Source: Octopus vulgaris
Taxonomy: Eukaryota
Assembly: GCA_951406725.2 (NCBI GenBank)
Contig: OX597824.1
Coordinates: 79,918,001 to 79,982,000, forward strand
DNA: 64,000 bases
Reading direction: 5' to 3'
The notes under the pieces are model-generated. The model saw nothing but the letters and a program-made list of their open reading frames with translations, had not been told where the DNA came from and made no database searches. The translations under genes were made by a program, and so were the position numbers. This document shows positions 12,695-26,779 of this stretch, one piece after another (the stretch's first letter is position 1; every line of letters begins with the position of its first letter).

Positions 12695-13015
12695 CACAGT
12701 CAGTGGTTAGAACGTGGTTAGAAGTAGTGAGTTCGATTTTCGGAGCGGGCAGAATATGTTGTGCTCTTGAGCAAGCCACTTTATTTCACGTTGCTCCAGT
12801 TCACTCAGCTGTAGAAATGAGTTGTGACGTCACTGGTGCCAAGCTGTATCGGCCATTGCTTCTCCCTTGGGTAACATGGTTGGCGTGGAGAGGGGAGGCT
12901 GGTATGCATGGGCGACTGCTGGTCTTGCATAAACAACATTACCCGGACTTGCGCCTCGGAAGGGTAACTTCCTTGGAGCAATCCCCTGGTCATTCATGAC
13001 CGAAGGGAGTCTTTA
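12695..13015 (+). mobile_element. SINE family D
   Basis: cagtggttagaacg...gagttcgatt...ttgagcaagccactttatttcacgttgctccagttcactcagctg; homologous to 803-1124. Confidence 0.85.
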
Positions 13016-13027
13016 CTCCGTTAACTC

Positions 13028-13417
13028 ATCTTTTACTATTTTACTTTTTTCAGTTATTGGACAACGGCCATGCTGGGACTCGGCGTTGAAAAATGTTAGT
13101 CGAACTAATTAACCCCAGTACTTATTTTTTAAAACCTGGTGCTTATTCGATCAGTCTAACTTACAGGAACGTAAACACACCGACACAGGTTGTCAAGTGG
13201 TGATGTTGGTGGGTAAGCCAGACGCACACACACACACATACAAATATATGTATACGACGGGCTTATTTCAGTTCCCATCTACGAAATCAACTCAGAAGGC
13301 TTTAGTCGGCTCGAAGCTAAAGTAGAAGACACATGTCCAGAGTCCCACGCAGTGGAACTGAACTCAGAAGCATGTGGCTGGGAAACGAATTTCTTACCAC
13401 ACAGCCACACCCGCACC
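13028..13417 (-). mobile_element. SINE family C, diverged full-length copy
   Basis: Reverse-complement match to the family C head and tail. Confidence 0.85.
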
Positions 13418-13452
<35 letters not shown>

Positions 13453-13533
13453 CAAAAGAAAAAACAAAAGACGAAGACAGGTGGTATAGACAACAAACAG
13501 ATGTATTAGTTTAGCGCTCGGGAAGTGAAAAAG

Positions 13534-13571
13534 TCTTTAACATTTCGAGCCTACGCTCTTCTACAGAAAGA
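13534..13571 (-). ncRNA. Hammerhead-like motif with atypical core CUGUAGA (HHR-5)
   Basis: Minus: tcttt CTGTAGA a gagc-gtag-gctc GAA ATGT T aaaga. Stems I and II are perfect, A6 is replaced by U, and the ACGT palindrome appears as ATGT. In a TA-flanked island at 13452-13630. Confidence 0.55.
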
Positions 13572-13767
13572 AAAACTGAAAGAAACAAGGAGAGAAAACA
13601 AAGAATGTGTAGCGATCTATCATGGTAAACATATATATATATATTCAACAATATTAAGGAATAGCCTTCATAGGCCATTCGACCCACTAGAAAGAGCAGC
13701 TAAACTCAAACCGCTAAATAGTTGTAATTCAGAAACCAAGGGAAAATAAAAACATTTACCCTTATCA

Positions 13768-13865
13768 TCTTTGGACTATGCATAGTTTCGACATACATAT
13801 TGGCAAAGCGATTTAATTAAATTAAATTAAATCTATTTGCCACTGGCCTGTCTCGTCAGCAAAGA
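13768..13865 (-). ncRNA. Type I hammerhead ribozyme, canonical core, extended stem II (HHR-6)
   Basis: Minus: tctttg CTGACGA gaca..tggcaaa..gatttaat/attaaatc..tttgcca..tgtc GAA ACTATGCATAGT C caaaga. 12-nt palindromic stem III; GUC site with cleavage between 13774 and 13773. Confidence 0.92.
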
Positions 13866-13940
13866 AGCCAGGGAAATATATATCCACGAGGCGACAGCAT
13901 CGACGCCTCGAGAATATATATTCTAAATTTTCAAAATCTA

Positions 13941-14010
<70 letters not shown>

Positions 14011-14011
<1 letters not shown>

Positions 14012-14301
14012 TACACTTTATTAATTAATCTGCTATGACATAAAAAAAGACTGTTACACAGTTTCACGTTCCTATATATATATATATATCTGTTTGTGTA
14101 GGAGTGTGCGTGTGTTTGTATGTGAATGAAGACATGTAGTCTATTGGTTAAGGTTCTGCACTCACAATCGCAGGATCGTGGTTGATTACTATTAACAAAT
14201 CTTACGTGCAGGTTGTTCAGCAAGAACCTTAGTTGTTTAGGAACGTGAAACTGTGTAACAGTCTTTATTTATGTCATAGCAGCTTAGTTAATAAAGTGTA
14301 G
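14011..14301. repeat. ~64-bp inverted repeat (14011-14074 and 14238-14301), TA-flanked
   Basis: ctacactttattaa...cacagtttcacgttccta versus taggaacgtgaaactgtg...taataaagtgtag. Confidence 0.9.
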
Positions 14302-14377
14302 ACATATATATATATATATATATATGTTCGTCATGATAGATCGCTAGCCACTACACATTCTTTGTTTTCTCACCACA

Positions 14378-14567
<190 letters not shown>

Positions 14568-14909
14568 CATATGTACAGATATATAAAAATGTACGCATAT
14601 ATCGATAATCTATGTACTTGTTAGCTGTGGCCTGTAGAGTAACTGACCTAGATTCAGTGACACTAGAATTCTTCTTTAATCATATTAAATATTACATTAC
14701 GAATCCACCATTTGTAATGCATACCAAGAATAAACGTACCAGGGGACTAATGTATACGAAAGGGCCATTTATTAATGTAGTTAGTATAATGTTATTCATA
14801 ATCTTTCCTGTTCACACAGAGTACCCGCTGTACTCCTGTGTTTTCTGTGTTAAGGTAAAACAGTTACTCACGCAACAAGACCTTATTTTTCCCTGGGACT
14901 AAATACGAT

Positions 14910-15970
<1,061 letters not shown>

Positions 15971-16319
15971 TTAAAGAACGGATGCTGCAGCCAAAAGAGT
16001 TATTAATGAGATGGTCAGGGGCGGGGGTTTGGAGGCGCAGTAGAACCGTTCGTTAAGTGTTTATTACCGGTTTATAAATCTGCCTTATGTGTTCTATATA
16101 TTATTCCGACAGGTTGCCTTTGGCAGGACGTTGTGGCTGTTGTTGTTGTTGTTGTTGCTGTTTTGTTGCTGTTAATGTTGGTGTTGTTGTTGAATTTGGT
16201 GTCGGTGCTGGAGTTTTTAATTATTTAAGCGAATTGGAAGAAGCGCAAAGAATGTGTGTGTGTTTTGCGCGACTTGTGTATTTCTTTCTGTTTTTCTGTA
16301 CGTAAAAATGAGGTGTACA

Positions 16320-16405
16320 TATGCATGTGTGTGTGTGTGTGTGTGTGTGTGTGAGTATGTGTATATGTATGTGTGCGTGTGTGTGTATATATATATACAT
16401 ACACA

Positions 16406-16454
<49 letters not shown>

Positions 16455-16551
16455 GCATATATATATATTTATATATATATATGCATATATATATATGCAT
16501 ATATGTATATATATATATGCATATATATATATATATATGCATATATATATA

Positions 16552-16617
<66 letters not shown>

Positions 16618-16728
16618 ATACATGTATGTATATATATGCATATATATATGTATGCATATATATACATATGCATATATATTTATATATATATGCACATATA
16701 TATATATATATGCATATATATATATATG

Positions 16729-16801
<73 letters not shown>

Positions 16802-16958
16802 CTATAAACGGCAAGAGAAGGACAGAGCAGAAGTGAGCGTGAAATGATTGTAAGAATAAGAAGTCAGAAGACAAAAACGATAGCAGGTTTGTTTGTGTCT
16901 TTGTGTGTGTGTGCGCGTCTGTATGTGTGTGTGCATACATACATATATATTTGCATGT

Positions 16959-16989
<31 letters not shown>

Positions 16990-16994
16990 ACACA

Positions 16995-17052
<58 letters not shown>

Positions 17053-17070
17053 CATGTACTCACACGTACA
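16320..17070. repeat. Compound (TG)n/(TA)n/(CA)n microsatellite field
   Basis: Direct inspection. Confidence 0.95.
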
Positions 17071-17471
17071 TACACAGTGATAAAAAATGAGAGAGAGATA
17101 GAGAGAAGGAAAGAGAGAGAGAGAGAGAATGAAAGAAAAAGAGAGCGAATGCGAATGAAAGTAAACTCTAAAATTCTCTTTCTCATTTGTCTTGTTTAAA
17201 TACAAAAATCAACAACAACAACAACAACAACAATGTTATCAATATTTAAATATAACATTTTTCACATTAATCACCATAGAAGTTGTGTTTCCGCTATGAA
17301 GCCTACTTAATTTTACTCATTAATAGTACTAATCATATTGAACAAATATCGATTTATCAACTCCCGCCCCTCCCCTACCACACACTCATTTTAGCTCCAC
17401 CGCCTATCCTTTATATATTCATTATTATTTTTTTACAATCTTATATTTCATCATTATTAATTTAGTTAGCC

Positions 17472-17905
17472 TTTGAGCTGGCAGAAGCGTTAGGATACTG
17501 GACAAATGGCTTAGCGGCATTTCGTCCGTCTTTATGTTCTGAGTTCAAATTTCGCCGAGGTTGACTTTACCTTTTATTCTTTCGGGGTCGTTGAACTCGG
17601 CAGCGATCTAATCGACTTACCCCCGCCACCTAGTCTTGCTGGTCTTGTACCAAATTTTGAAGCAATTATTATTAATTTAGTTAGGCTGAGAGCTGGCAGA
17701 ATCGATAAGATTCCGGTCAAAATGCTTAGCAGCTTTTCGTTCGCCTTTGCATTCTGATCTCAAATTCCTCCAACGATCGACTTTACCTGTTCATATTTTT
17801 AGGATCGATGAAGTAAATACCAGTTCCAGGATTGGTGTCGATGTAGTCGACTAGCCCCTACCTCTTCCAAACTTCCAGGCCTTGTGCCCTATTGCAGAAA
17901 GGATC
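17472..17905 (+). mobile_element. Two adjacent diverged SINE-B copies
   Basis: Two gagctggcagaa heads (about 17475 and 17690), each followed by a B-box-like and central-motif match. Confidence 0.8.
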
Positions 17906-17989
17906 ATTATTAAATTAATAGTGTGTGTGCATTTTTAGAACTGATGGGATGTCGGACAAAATGATTTGCAGTATTTAGTTACGAACGCT

Positions 17990-19220
17990 TTTAACTATAA
18001 TAACGTGTCAATGCAATTATCTGGAGTCCCTGTTGCCAACTATACAACGCAAACTCCTCTAATATTTATATCCAGGTGTTGAAGCATTAATTCAATCGGC
18101 TCATCGATAGACATTACACGTCAGAATATTGAAAAATAAATAGATAAATAAATAAATAAATAAATAAATAAATGGATGCGCAATGGTGTGAATGGCGATA
18201 AATTGCGTGGGCGTTGGAGTCAAATGTCATTTATTGTGTGAAAGAATTCCATTATGCGTCGGGTGATTGACATTAGTTCTCTATTTTTGTTGCAAACATA
18301 CTTTGTATGTCTGTTGCATTTATGTGAATAACTTTTGACGGACCGCTTTTTACGCCTTGTCTAGCGCGTTAACTTACTGTAGGTGATGTCATCAGAGCGC
18401 TATACAATGCTGTTTTCTTAGCATTTGCCCTTTTTGTGTCAAAGTTCTATTCTTTGCCATATATCGCCTAGTGTTTGTTTGTAATATTTTTGCATTGTGG
18501 ATCTTAATGGCAGTTGATATGTTTTTCTTGCAGCTGTGACTTACCTTTATGTTATTCTTGTTGAACAGCTGACGGAATCTATGACAATACAGGAAATACT
18601 TTCTGATTAGAGAAAGGAAACGTTTTGTGACTTTGATTTTTACATCAAGAATATAAGGCGGGTTACAACAAATAACTCTTCTGTTCTTAACAATTATAGA
18701 AGGGTCATTTGCTGTTTGCTTGATTTCCTCTCGGTGTCGGCTACATATTATATTTCTTTATTGCCCACAAGGGGCTAAACATTGAGGGGACAAACAAGGA
18801 CATACAAACGGATTAAGTCGCTTACATCGACCCCAGTGCGTAACTGGTACTTAATTTATCGACCCCGAAAGGATGAAAGGCAAAGTCGACCTCATTGGAA
18901 TTTGAACTCAGAACGTAACGGCAGACGAAATACGACTACGCATTTCGCCCGGCGTGCTAACGTTTCTGCCAGCACGCCGCCTTCATATTATAGTGTCGGC
19001 TACATATTAGTACCTCGCTGTAGTATTATGCAGTCCTGTAAAATGTAGTTTTATCGAAGGAGAGTGCACCAATCCTTGTGTGGATCCTTATCGATACGTA
19101 TTTAATTGTTACTGTTGTGGATTCTTATAGCATTAGATACATTTTTTCGTTGAGGCACATACTTACGGCTACATAGACTGCACCGTTGAAATAATTACAA
19201 CATACAGTGCTGGTTATAGG
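17990..19220 (-). mobile_element. Decayed Penelope-like element: RT C-terminus, linker and GIY-YIG region (pseudogene)
   Basis: Minus translation RRVICCNPPYILDVKIKVTKRFLSLIRKYF..CHRFRQLFNKNNIKVSHSCKKNISTAIKIHNAKIL matches the PLE WFNPP...FNxNxxKVSYSC..N...I..HN.KIL linker. Upstream TRIGALSFDKTTFYRTA*YYSEVL; downstream GKC*ENSIV* (GIY-like). Interrupted by a SINE-B. Confidence 0.85.
18751..18981 (-). mobile_element. SINE family B inserted into the PLE relic
   Basis: 17-bp direct repeat gtgtcggctacatatta at 18734-18750 and 18993-19009. Confidence 0.9.
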
Positions 19221-19880
19221 AGAACCTATCTCTTCGCATGTTGTGTGCGTGCGTGTATATGTGTGAGGTCGTGTGTGTGTGTGTGCATCAAACTCATGAA
19301 GTAGCTTGTAAGTTAATGGGGACCTGGCTGCTGCTTCAAGCAATCAAGTGGTCCTATGGAGTGCCCGTTCCCTCGGCAACTCTTATTTGTTGTTGTTTAA
19401 CCCTAGGCAAGCTTCTATGCAATAAACATAACTTTGATCAAAGGTGCTCCAACTGTGATCACTTCACAATACGTATTAGGTATACATTCTCTTAAGTGTC
19501 CTTCGTACTGTTTAAGATGCCAGACTGTGACTGAAGAAGACTTGGCTGATATTTCCAACCGGTCCATAGATTAGATAGTAAGCGCCAGTTTTGCTTGAAG
19601 GTCAAAGGTCAAACTATTATGAGGCCAATAGTTGTTGTTTAGTTCAAGGTCAATCCTGATCCAGCAGCGATATATTCAAGGCTGTTTGGATATAGCGATC
19701 CAGGGTACCAAAACACGGTGGTGGCGTCGGTAGTAGTGGAAGGGCGGAGACGATGTTGGTGGTGGTAGAGTCGGTGGTGTAAATGGGGGGAAGCGGCAAT
19801 GATGGTGGTGGAGGTGATGACAGCTGCGCTTTGTTATCTGGGACTATTATAACCAAAAAGAATTTACATGGATACTGATT

Positions 19881-20460
19881 AGGCGCATGGCTTAGTCGTT
19901 AGGATGTTGGACTCATGATCGTAAGATTGTGGTTTCGATTCCTGGACTGGGTAAAAAAACCTTGCTCCAGTCCAAAATTAGCAATCCTGCGACGGATTGA
20001 CATCCCGTCCAGGAGGGAATATTTACGACAGAGTGGAGGCGCAATGGCCCAGTGGTTAGGGCAGCGGACTCGCGGTCGTAGGATCGCGGTTTCGATTCCC
20101 AGACCGGGCGTTGTGAGTGTTTATTGAGCGAAAACACCTAAAAAGCTCCACGAGGCTCCGGCAGGGATGGTGGTGCTCCCTGCTGTACTCTTTCACCACA
20201 ACTTTCTCTCACTATTACTTTCTGTTTCTGTTGTACCTGTATTTCAAAGGGCCGGCCTTGTCACTCTCTGTGTCACGCTGAATATCCCCGAGAACTACGT
20301 TAAGGGTACACGTGTCTGTGGAGTGCTCAGCCACTTACACGTTAATAACACGAGCAGGCTGTTCCGTTGATCGGGTCAACTGGAACCCTCGTCATCGGAA
20401 CCGACGGAGTGCTTCCATTCCATTTACGTCAGAGAAACCAGGAAACCGGCGCTATACTCC
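19881..20460 (+). mobile_element. Older tRNA-headed V-domain-like SINE, interrupted by SINE-A
   Basis: Head ggcgcatggcttagtcgttagg...ggtttcgattcc, then cctgcgacggattgacatcccgtccagg. Resumes after the nested SINE-A. Confidence 0.7.
20033..20421 (+). mobile_element. SINE family A, full length
   Basis: TSD atttacgacaga / atttacgtcaga at 20021-20032 and 20422-20433. Confidence 0.95.
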
Positions 20461-20729
20461 ATAAAGAGTAATGTGGCCTACATCACCGTCACACACCTCA
20501 ACTGATTAGGCAACTAGTCTCTCAGTCGTAGAGTCATGGCCTCAATTCCTCTTTTGAGAGGGGTGTTATATCTTTGAGGAAAGTAATTAGCGTCGCATTG
20601 CTCCAGTCAAAAATAAATATAAAGACTGACGAAGCGCCTGTTAGTGGCTCAAGAATTACAGCCCTTCAAATCCTTCAAGCATAAAGACGGATATGTCCAG
20701 CAGTGAACTTAACATATTCGACTGTTACC

Positions 20730-21033
20730 CTTTTCTACTCTAGGCTCAAGGCCCGAAACTCGGCGGAATTTGAACTCAGAACGTAAAGGCAGACGGAATA
20801 CCTATTTCTTTACTACCCACAAGGGGCTAAACACAGACAGGACAAACAATGACAGACAGACGGATTAAGTCGATTACATCGACCCTAGTGCGTAACTGGT
20901 ACTTAATTTATCGACCCCAAAAGGATGAAAGGCAAAGTCGACCTCGGTGGAATTTGAACTCAGAACGTAGCGGCAGACGAAATACGGCTACGCATTTCGC
21001 CCGGCGTGCTAACGTTTCTGCCAGCTCGCCGCC
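20730..21033 (-). mobile_element. SINE family B, composite/dimeric
   Basis: Full head-body unit followed (minus strand) by the junction aaagaaataggtatt, a second partial unit and an alternative 3' end. Confidence 0.85.
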
Positions 21034-21692
21034 TTCCAACTGTTAACCTTTACCATGTTGTTTCCATCATACAGAAAAATGTCCTTCTATTCTATCAATT
21101 ATTATTGAGGGGGTTGAAGTGGCATGGGTGAGAAGTTGACTGCTGTTTCTAGCGGGGTTACTCCTCATCTAAGAAACTCCATTTCTTCAATGACTCCTCG
21201 CATTTTATTGTATTCTTTATATAAAATTCTAAGCAATAATAACCCGCCATTTTGATATGATTTGCCTTTCTTCTGATTCTACCCACCCCTAATCTCTTCC
21301 AACGCTGCATGCCTCTATACACCACCTCCACTGGTGTATCCTCCGCCGTTATCCACTTTATTGTCTTCTGCGAACCATCTTCAAGAGTTTTTTTTCTTTC
21401 TATTTTCCTCTGGTTCTTAACAACAGAAACTAGGAAATGTTCTTGAGTGAAACCATAGCTCAAATTATGGTGCATGATGGTCGTGCGTGTCTACGTGTGT
21501 GTGAACCTGTGTATGAACGCTTGTGTAAGTTTGTATGTGTGTGTGTGTGGGTATTGTATACATGTAGGAAGCGTATGTGTCAATATCTTTACGTCTATAT
21601 TTATTTATACGCAACGTGTATTATGTACAGCGTGATAGTGTATTTGGGGGCGCATGCGCAGTCCCATACATGCACACATACACACATTATAT

Positions 21693-21746
<54 letters not shown>

Positions 21747-21910
21747 AATATAGGATAGAATTTTTCGAAAAAAAAAATTTATCAATGGCCAGTATATTAA
21801 AAAATACCTTTAAAGGTTAAATTTATAAACAATTTATAAGTAAGGGCAAAAGAAAAAAATTTCTAATGCCAAAATATGCCGAAAATAGACACAATGTCAA
21901 TAACCATGTA

Positions 21911-22034
21911 ATTTATCACTACAAGCACGCGTTTCGAAGAAAGCCGACAGAACTTTTTAAAAATCCCGTTATTACCATATTGGACCCGATTTCAGAGTTA
22001 GTTCATAAGAACCTTCCCTTCATCAGTGATAAAT
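21911..22034 (-). ncRNA. Hammerhead-like motif with ~85-nt stem II region (HHR-7)
   Basis: Minus: atttatca CTGATGA agggaag...ctttctt c GAA ACGCGT gctt GTA g tgataaat. 8-bp stem I; junction geometry slightly off. In a TA-flanked island at 21745-22270. Confidence 0.65.
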
Positions 22035-22298
22035 GGGGCATAGAAATAAGTGAAATACTTATACCCAACAAAAATGTTGTTGACAGAAACTTCGAAGTTT
22101 AGGCCAGTTACGCCATCGTCGATGACGGCTTAATTAGCTGAAACATCGGAGTCACTATTAACACTAGTCTTGCTTATGAATAATATATTTGTACAATATA
22201 AAAGTATAGAGTGACCTAGATTAATGTAAAACATGTTTTATTATAATAGAACTTGAAAAAACATTAACATATATATCATAGTTCAGTTTTATTACAAG

Positions 22299-22757
22299 AC
22301 TAGCAGCATAGCCCGGCGTTGCCCGGGTATGTAAGAGCCCCTAGTAGGCAACGACTAATCCCAATCTAGTCCTTTCCCTCTAGGGAACGAAGGCGCATGT
22401 GTAGGTTGCAATGTCTTCTCTTCACTCGAATACTTCTGTGTATACGATGTTCCTAGCTGTCCCTTTGGGCGAAAACATGAAAAAATCATTGCGCCTCCCA
22501 ACGCGTGAACAGCCCATGTACAGCCCAGAAAATGTGTTGCATATAAAAAGCTTAGATTCTCGACCCCATGTCGGATTTATCGAGTTTTTCAGAACTGGAG
22601 GAACTTTTCAAAATTTTCGCTGCGTTAGTTTTGAATTATGACATTGGGCTATGGGTGTGTCAAGTTTCATCAGAATCGGTTGAAAGCCGTGGTCAGGGTG
22701 AGGGTACAACCTGACAGACACACAGACAGACAAACTGCCGTTTATATAGAGAGAGAT
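22299..22757 (+). mobile_element. Non-autonomous Helitron/Helentron-associated (HINE/DINE-like) element
   Basis: Starts ACTAG with 5' hairpin cccggcgttgcccggg; ends aagtttcatcagaatcgg...(CAGA)n...tttatatagagagagat. Confidence 0.7.
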
Positions 22758-23029
22758 TTCTTGCCAAAAGAAAAGAGCTGGTTTCTAACATAGATCCAAG
22801 GTTCCTTCATTGGTATTTCAACAGCAACAACAGAATATTTTTGTATGCATGTATGTATGTATGTATGTATGTATGTATTAATGTATGTATGTATGTATGT
22901 GTGTATGTATGTATGTATATGTGCAGATTTGTATGTTTTGCTTTATGTATGTATAGACATGCATATAGTTGCATATCTAGACATGTTCATATATATTCAA
23001 ATGCTAAACTTCTGGAAAGTTTTACGGAT

Positions 23030-23325
23030 TTGTTCAGTTCCAGTGATGGATTGGAAACCGCTCGGTCGTCTTTTCCGATGTTAGCGCTGGTCCAGATCCT
23101 TTTGCTCTGAACAGACAGCCTTCCTCTTTGAATTTTTTGTGCCATGTCCAAATCTGCATTGCCGTTGTTCGACTGTGCTCGAGCAAACTCCAACACACAA
23201 AACATCCTTTCTCTTCCAGTGAATGCCATTTCTATACCTGAAAAGAAAAACATATCACACATATTTCTATACATGCTGTTAAGCTTAGATTGTGAAATGA
23301 TATCAAATTTTTTAAAACTCCCTGT
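23030..23325 (-). mobile_element. 5' fragment of a Tc1/mariner-type transposon (DUF4817-like HTH)
   Basis: Minus begins TACAGGG (TIR-like, in a TA context). [20 protein letters not shown], then frameshifted [24 protein letters not shown]. Confidence 0.7.
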
Positions 23326-23416
23326 ATGTATGTATGTATGTATGTATGTATGTATGTATGTATGTATGTATGTATGTATGTATGTATGTATGTATTTTTG
23401 TATGTATGTATGTATG

Positions 23417-23467
<51 letters not shown>

Positions 23468-23543
23468 TTTATATATATATTTATACATATATATATGTAT
23501 ATATGTGTCTATATATATATATGTATATATACTTGTATGTATG

Positions 23544-23590
<47 letters not shown>

Positions 23591-23694
23591 TCATATATAT
23601 ACAATGTTTATATATATATTTATACATATATATATGTATATATGTGTTTATATATATATATGTATATGTACTTGTATGTATGTATGTATGTATG

Positions 23695-23748
<54 letters not shown>

Positions 23749-24068
23749 GTGTGTGTGTGTGTGTCGATGTATTTGCGAAATTTCGTGTATATATGTTTGT
23801 ATGAATATATATCTATGTGTACATTTGTGTGACTATATAAATACAATTTGTGTGAATACGTGTTTACATGCGTATGCCTCAATGCATATATTTGTATGCT
23901 TATAATATGTCCGTGGGAGTAAATATGCGTGAAGGCTCATTGGCTCGTGTTGCTAGTGTAATAGTTTGAAGACAATTAAGGAAACATAAGAAGGTGGAAA
24001 AGGATGGAGGCAATTTTATGAAAGCAGACATCTTCAAAGATGGCGCATATTTTGAATAATCACTTTCA

Positions 24069-24143
<75 letters not shown>

Positions 24144-24197
24144 TTATCTATCTATCTATCCATCTATCCATGTATGTATGCATGTATGTATGTATGC

Positions 24198-24278
<81 letters not shown>

Positions 24279-24291
24279 CCTACCTACCTAC

Positions 24292-24362
<71 letters not shown>

Positions 24363-24375
24363 CTACCTACCTACC

Positions 24376-24502
<127 letters not shown>

Positions 24503-24872
24503 CTATATTTATGTATCTATCTCTCTATCGGTCTCTATGTCTGTCTGTATGTCCCTCCTTCCCTCTGTCTATCCATCTTTTCCTCTCTGGCTATATCTAT
24601 GCCTCACATCACTCTTCATTGTGTCTCTTCTCCCACCTTCTCTTGGCGTGTGTATGAAATATTTTTGAGATCATTTTTGTCCTGTGTATACATACATACA
24701 TACATACATACAGACATATCCACACACATACACATGTTATATGTATGTATCTATGCTTATATGTACATACCTGTGTATGTATCTCTCTGAAAGTGTGTAT
24801 AGTGGATTTGTATTTGCACATGTGTATGCTTAGCTGTGCGTGTGTGTGTTTGAGTATGTGTGTGTATGTGTG

Positions 24873-25458
24873 TCTATGTTTCTGTATGTGTGTGTATGTG
24901 TCTATGTTTCTGTATGTGTGTGTATGTGTGTCTATGTTTCTGTATGTGTGTGTATGTGTGTCTATGTTTCTGTATGTGCGTGTATGTGTGTCTATGTTTC
25001 TGTATGTGTGTGTATGTGTGTCTATGTTTCTGTATGTGTGTGTATGTGTGTCTATGTTTCTGTATGTGTGTGTATGTGTGTCTATGTTTCTGTATGTGTG
25101 TGTGTGTGTGTCTATGTTTCTGTATGTGTGTGTATGTGTGTCTATGTTTCTGTATGTGTGTGTATGTGTGTCTATGTTTCTGTATGTGTGTGTATGTGTG
25201 TCTATGTTTCTGTATGTGTGTGTATGTGTGTCTATGTTTCTGTATGTGTGTGTATGTGTGTCTATGTTTCTGTATGTGTGTGTATGTGTGTCTATGTTTC
25301 TGTATGTGTGTGTATGTGTGTCTATGTTTATGTATGTGTGTGTATGTGTGTCTATGTTTCTGTATGTGTGTGTATGTGTGTCTATGTTTCTGTATGTGTG
25401 TGTATGTGTGTCTATGTTTCTGTATGTGTGTGTATGTGTGTCTATGTTTCTGTATGTG
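24873..25458 (+). repeat. 30-bp minisatellite (TCTATGTTTCTGTATGTGTGTGTATGTGTG) x ~19.5
   Basis: In-register repetition over lines 24901-25440 with only about 3 substitutions. Confidence 0.95.
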
Positions 25459-25940
25459 CATTTCTATGTCAACGTGAGACAAAAATGCTTGAGATGGGGG
25501 GTCACCAGATCTGGTCGCGTATCTCAAAGCCTGTCTGTGGCTCTTCTAAGTAGATTTACTCACACGAACGAAGGGAAAATGATCGAAGGAACACCTCTTC
25601 GTTTTCACTTCTTCCTCCACCTGAACCACCACCTCCATCTTCTTTTCCTTTTCATTCATCTTCTTCCTTCCATTTTTCTTCCTTTCCTTCCTTCCGCCCT
25701 TCCTTTCTTTCTTTCTTCAAGAGTTTGCAACTAACTCTTTACAACGGAGAAACAACGGAAAACCCTTCCGTTCTAGCCGAAGTTTTTCAAGAGACAGCGG
25801 AGTATTATCCAAGAGATTTGTCAATATTTGTTCAATACAAGCGAAACCTTACAAGAAGAAAATGTCGTCGCCGTATTCTTTATACTTTCAAATAATTACA
25901 TGAGCGTTTGCAAATGTGGTGTACTTGAGTGTACAGCGTG

Positions 25941-25997
<57 letters not shown>

Positions 25998-26558
25998 CAT
26001 ACACATATATATATACACATATATATATATGTGTGTATATGTACACACACATATATATATATACATATACATATACAAATATATATGTATATGTATATAT
26101 ACACACATACATGCATACATACACATGTATGTGTGTGCATACACGTGTGTGTGCGTATATATATATGTGTATGTGTATGCATGTATGTATGCTTACACAC
26201 ATACACGCACACACAAACGCGCACATACACACGCACACACGCATACACACACACAAGCACACACCCTCACACACACACGTACACAGTCTCACACATACAC
26301 ACACTCACCCTCACACATACACACACACCCTCACACACACACGTAACATTTACAAAGGAAAATCTGACAGAGACTTCGCAGTTTCAGCTCATTTGATTTC
26401 TTCAGAGGAAGACAAGAAAACGCAAAATTCGAAGTCACTGCCAGATATAAAATAATTTATTCTACTGAATATTAGTCAACGTCCGGTCTTGTATGTATAG
26501 TCCTGCCTAAAATTAAATATCAACAGATTCATAGACATAAACATGATGTAGTTAATAT

Positions 26559-26723
26559 AGGCGCAGGAGTGGCTGTGTGGTAAATTAGCTTGCTTACCAA
26601 CCACATAGTTCCGGGTTTAGTCCCACTGTGTGGCGCCTTTGGCAACTGTCTTCTACTATAGCCTTGGGCAGACCAAAGCCTTGTGAGTGGATTTTGGTAG
26701 ACGGAAACTGAAAGAAGCCCGTC

Positions 26724-26779
<56 letters not shown>

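Noticed and set aside
22119-22153. Second hammerhead-like motif tcgatga c ggct-taatt-agct gaaac...gtc (+)
   Set aside because: The core deviates at positions 3-4 and there is no stem I; possibly a decayed copy, but unsupported.
26372-26410. Minus-strand CTGAAGA...GAAAC...GTC
   Set aside because: Neither stem I nor stem II can form.
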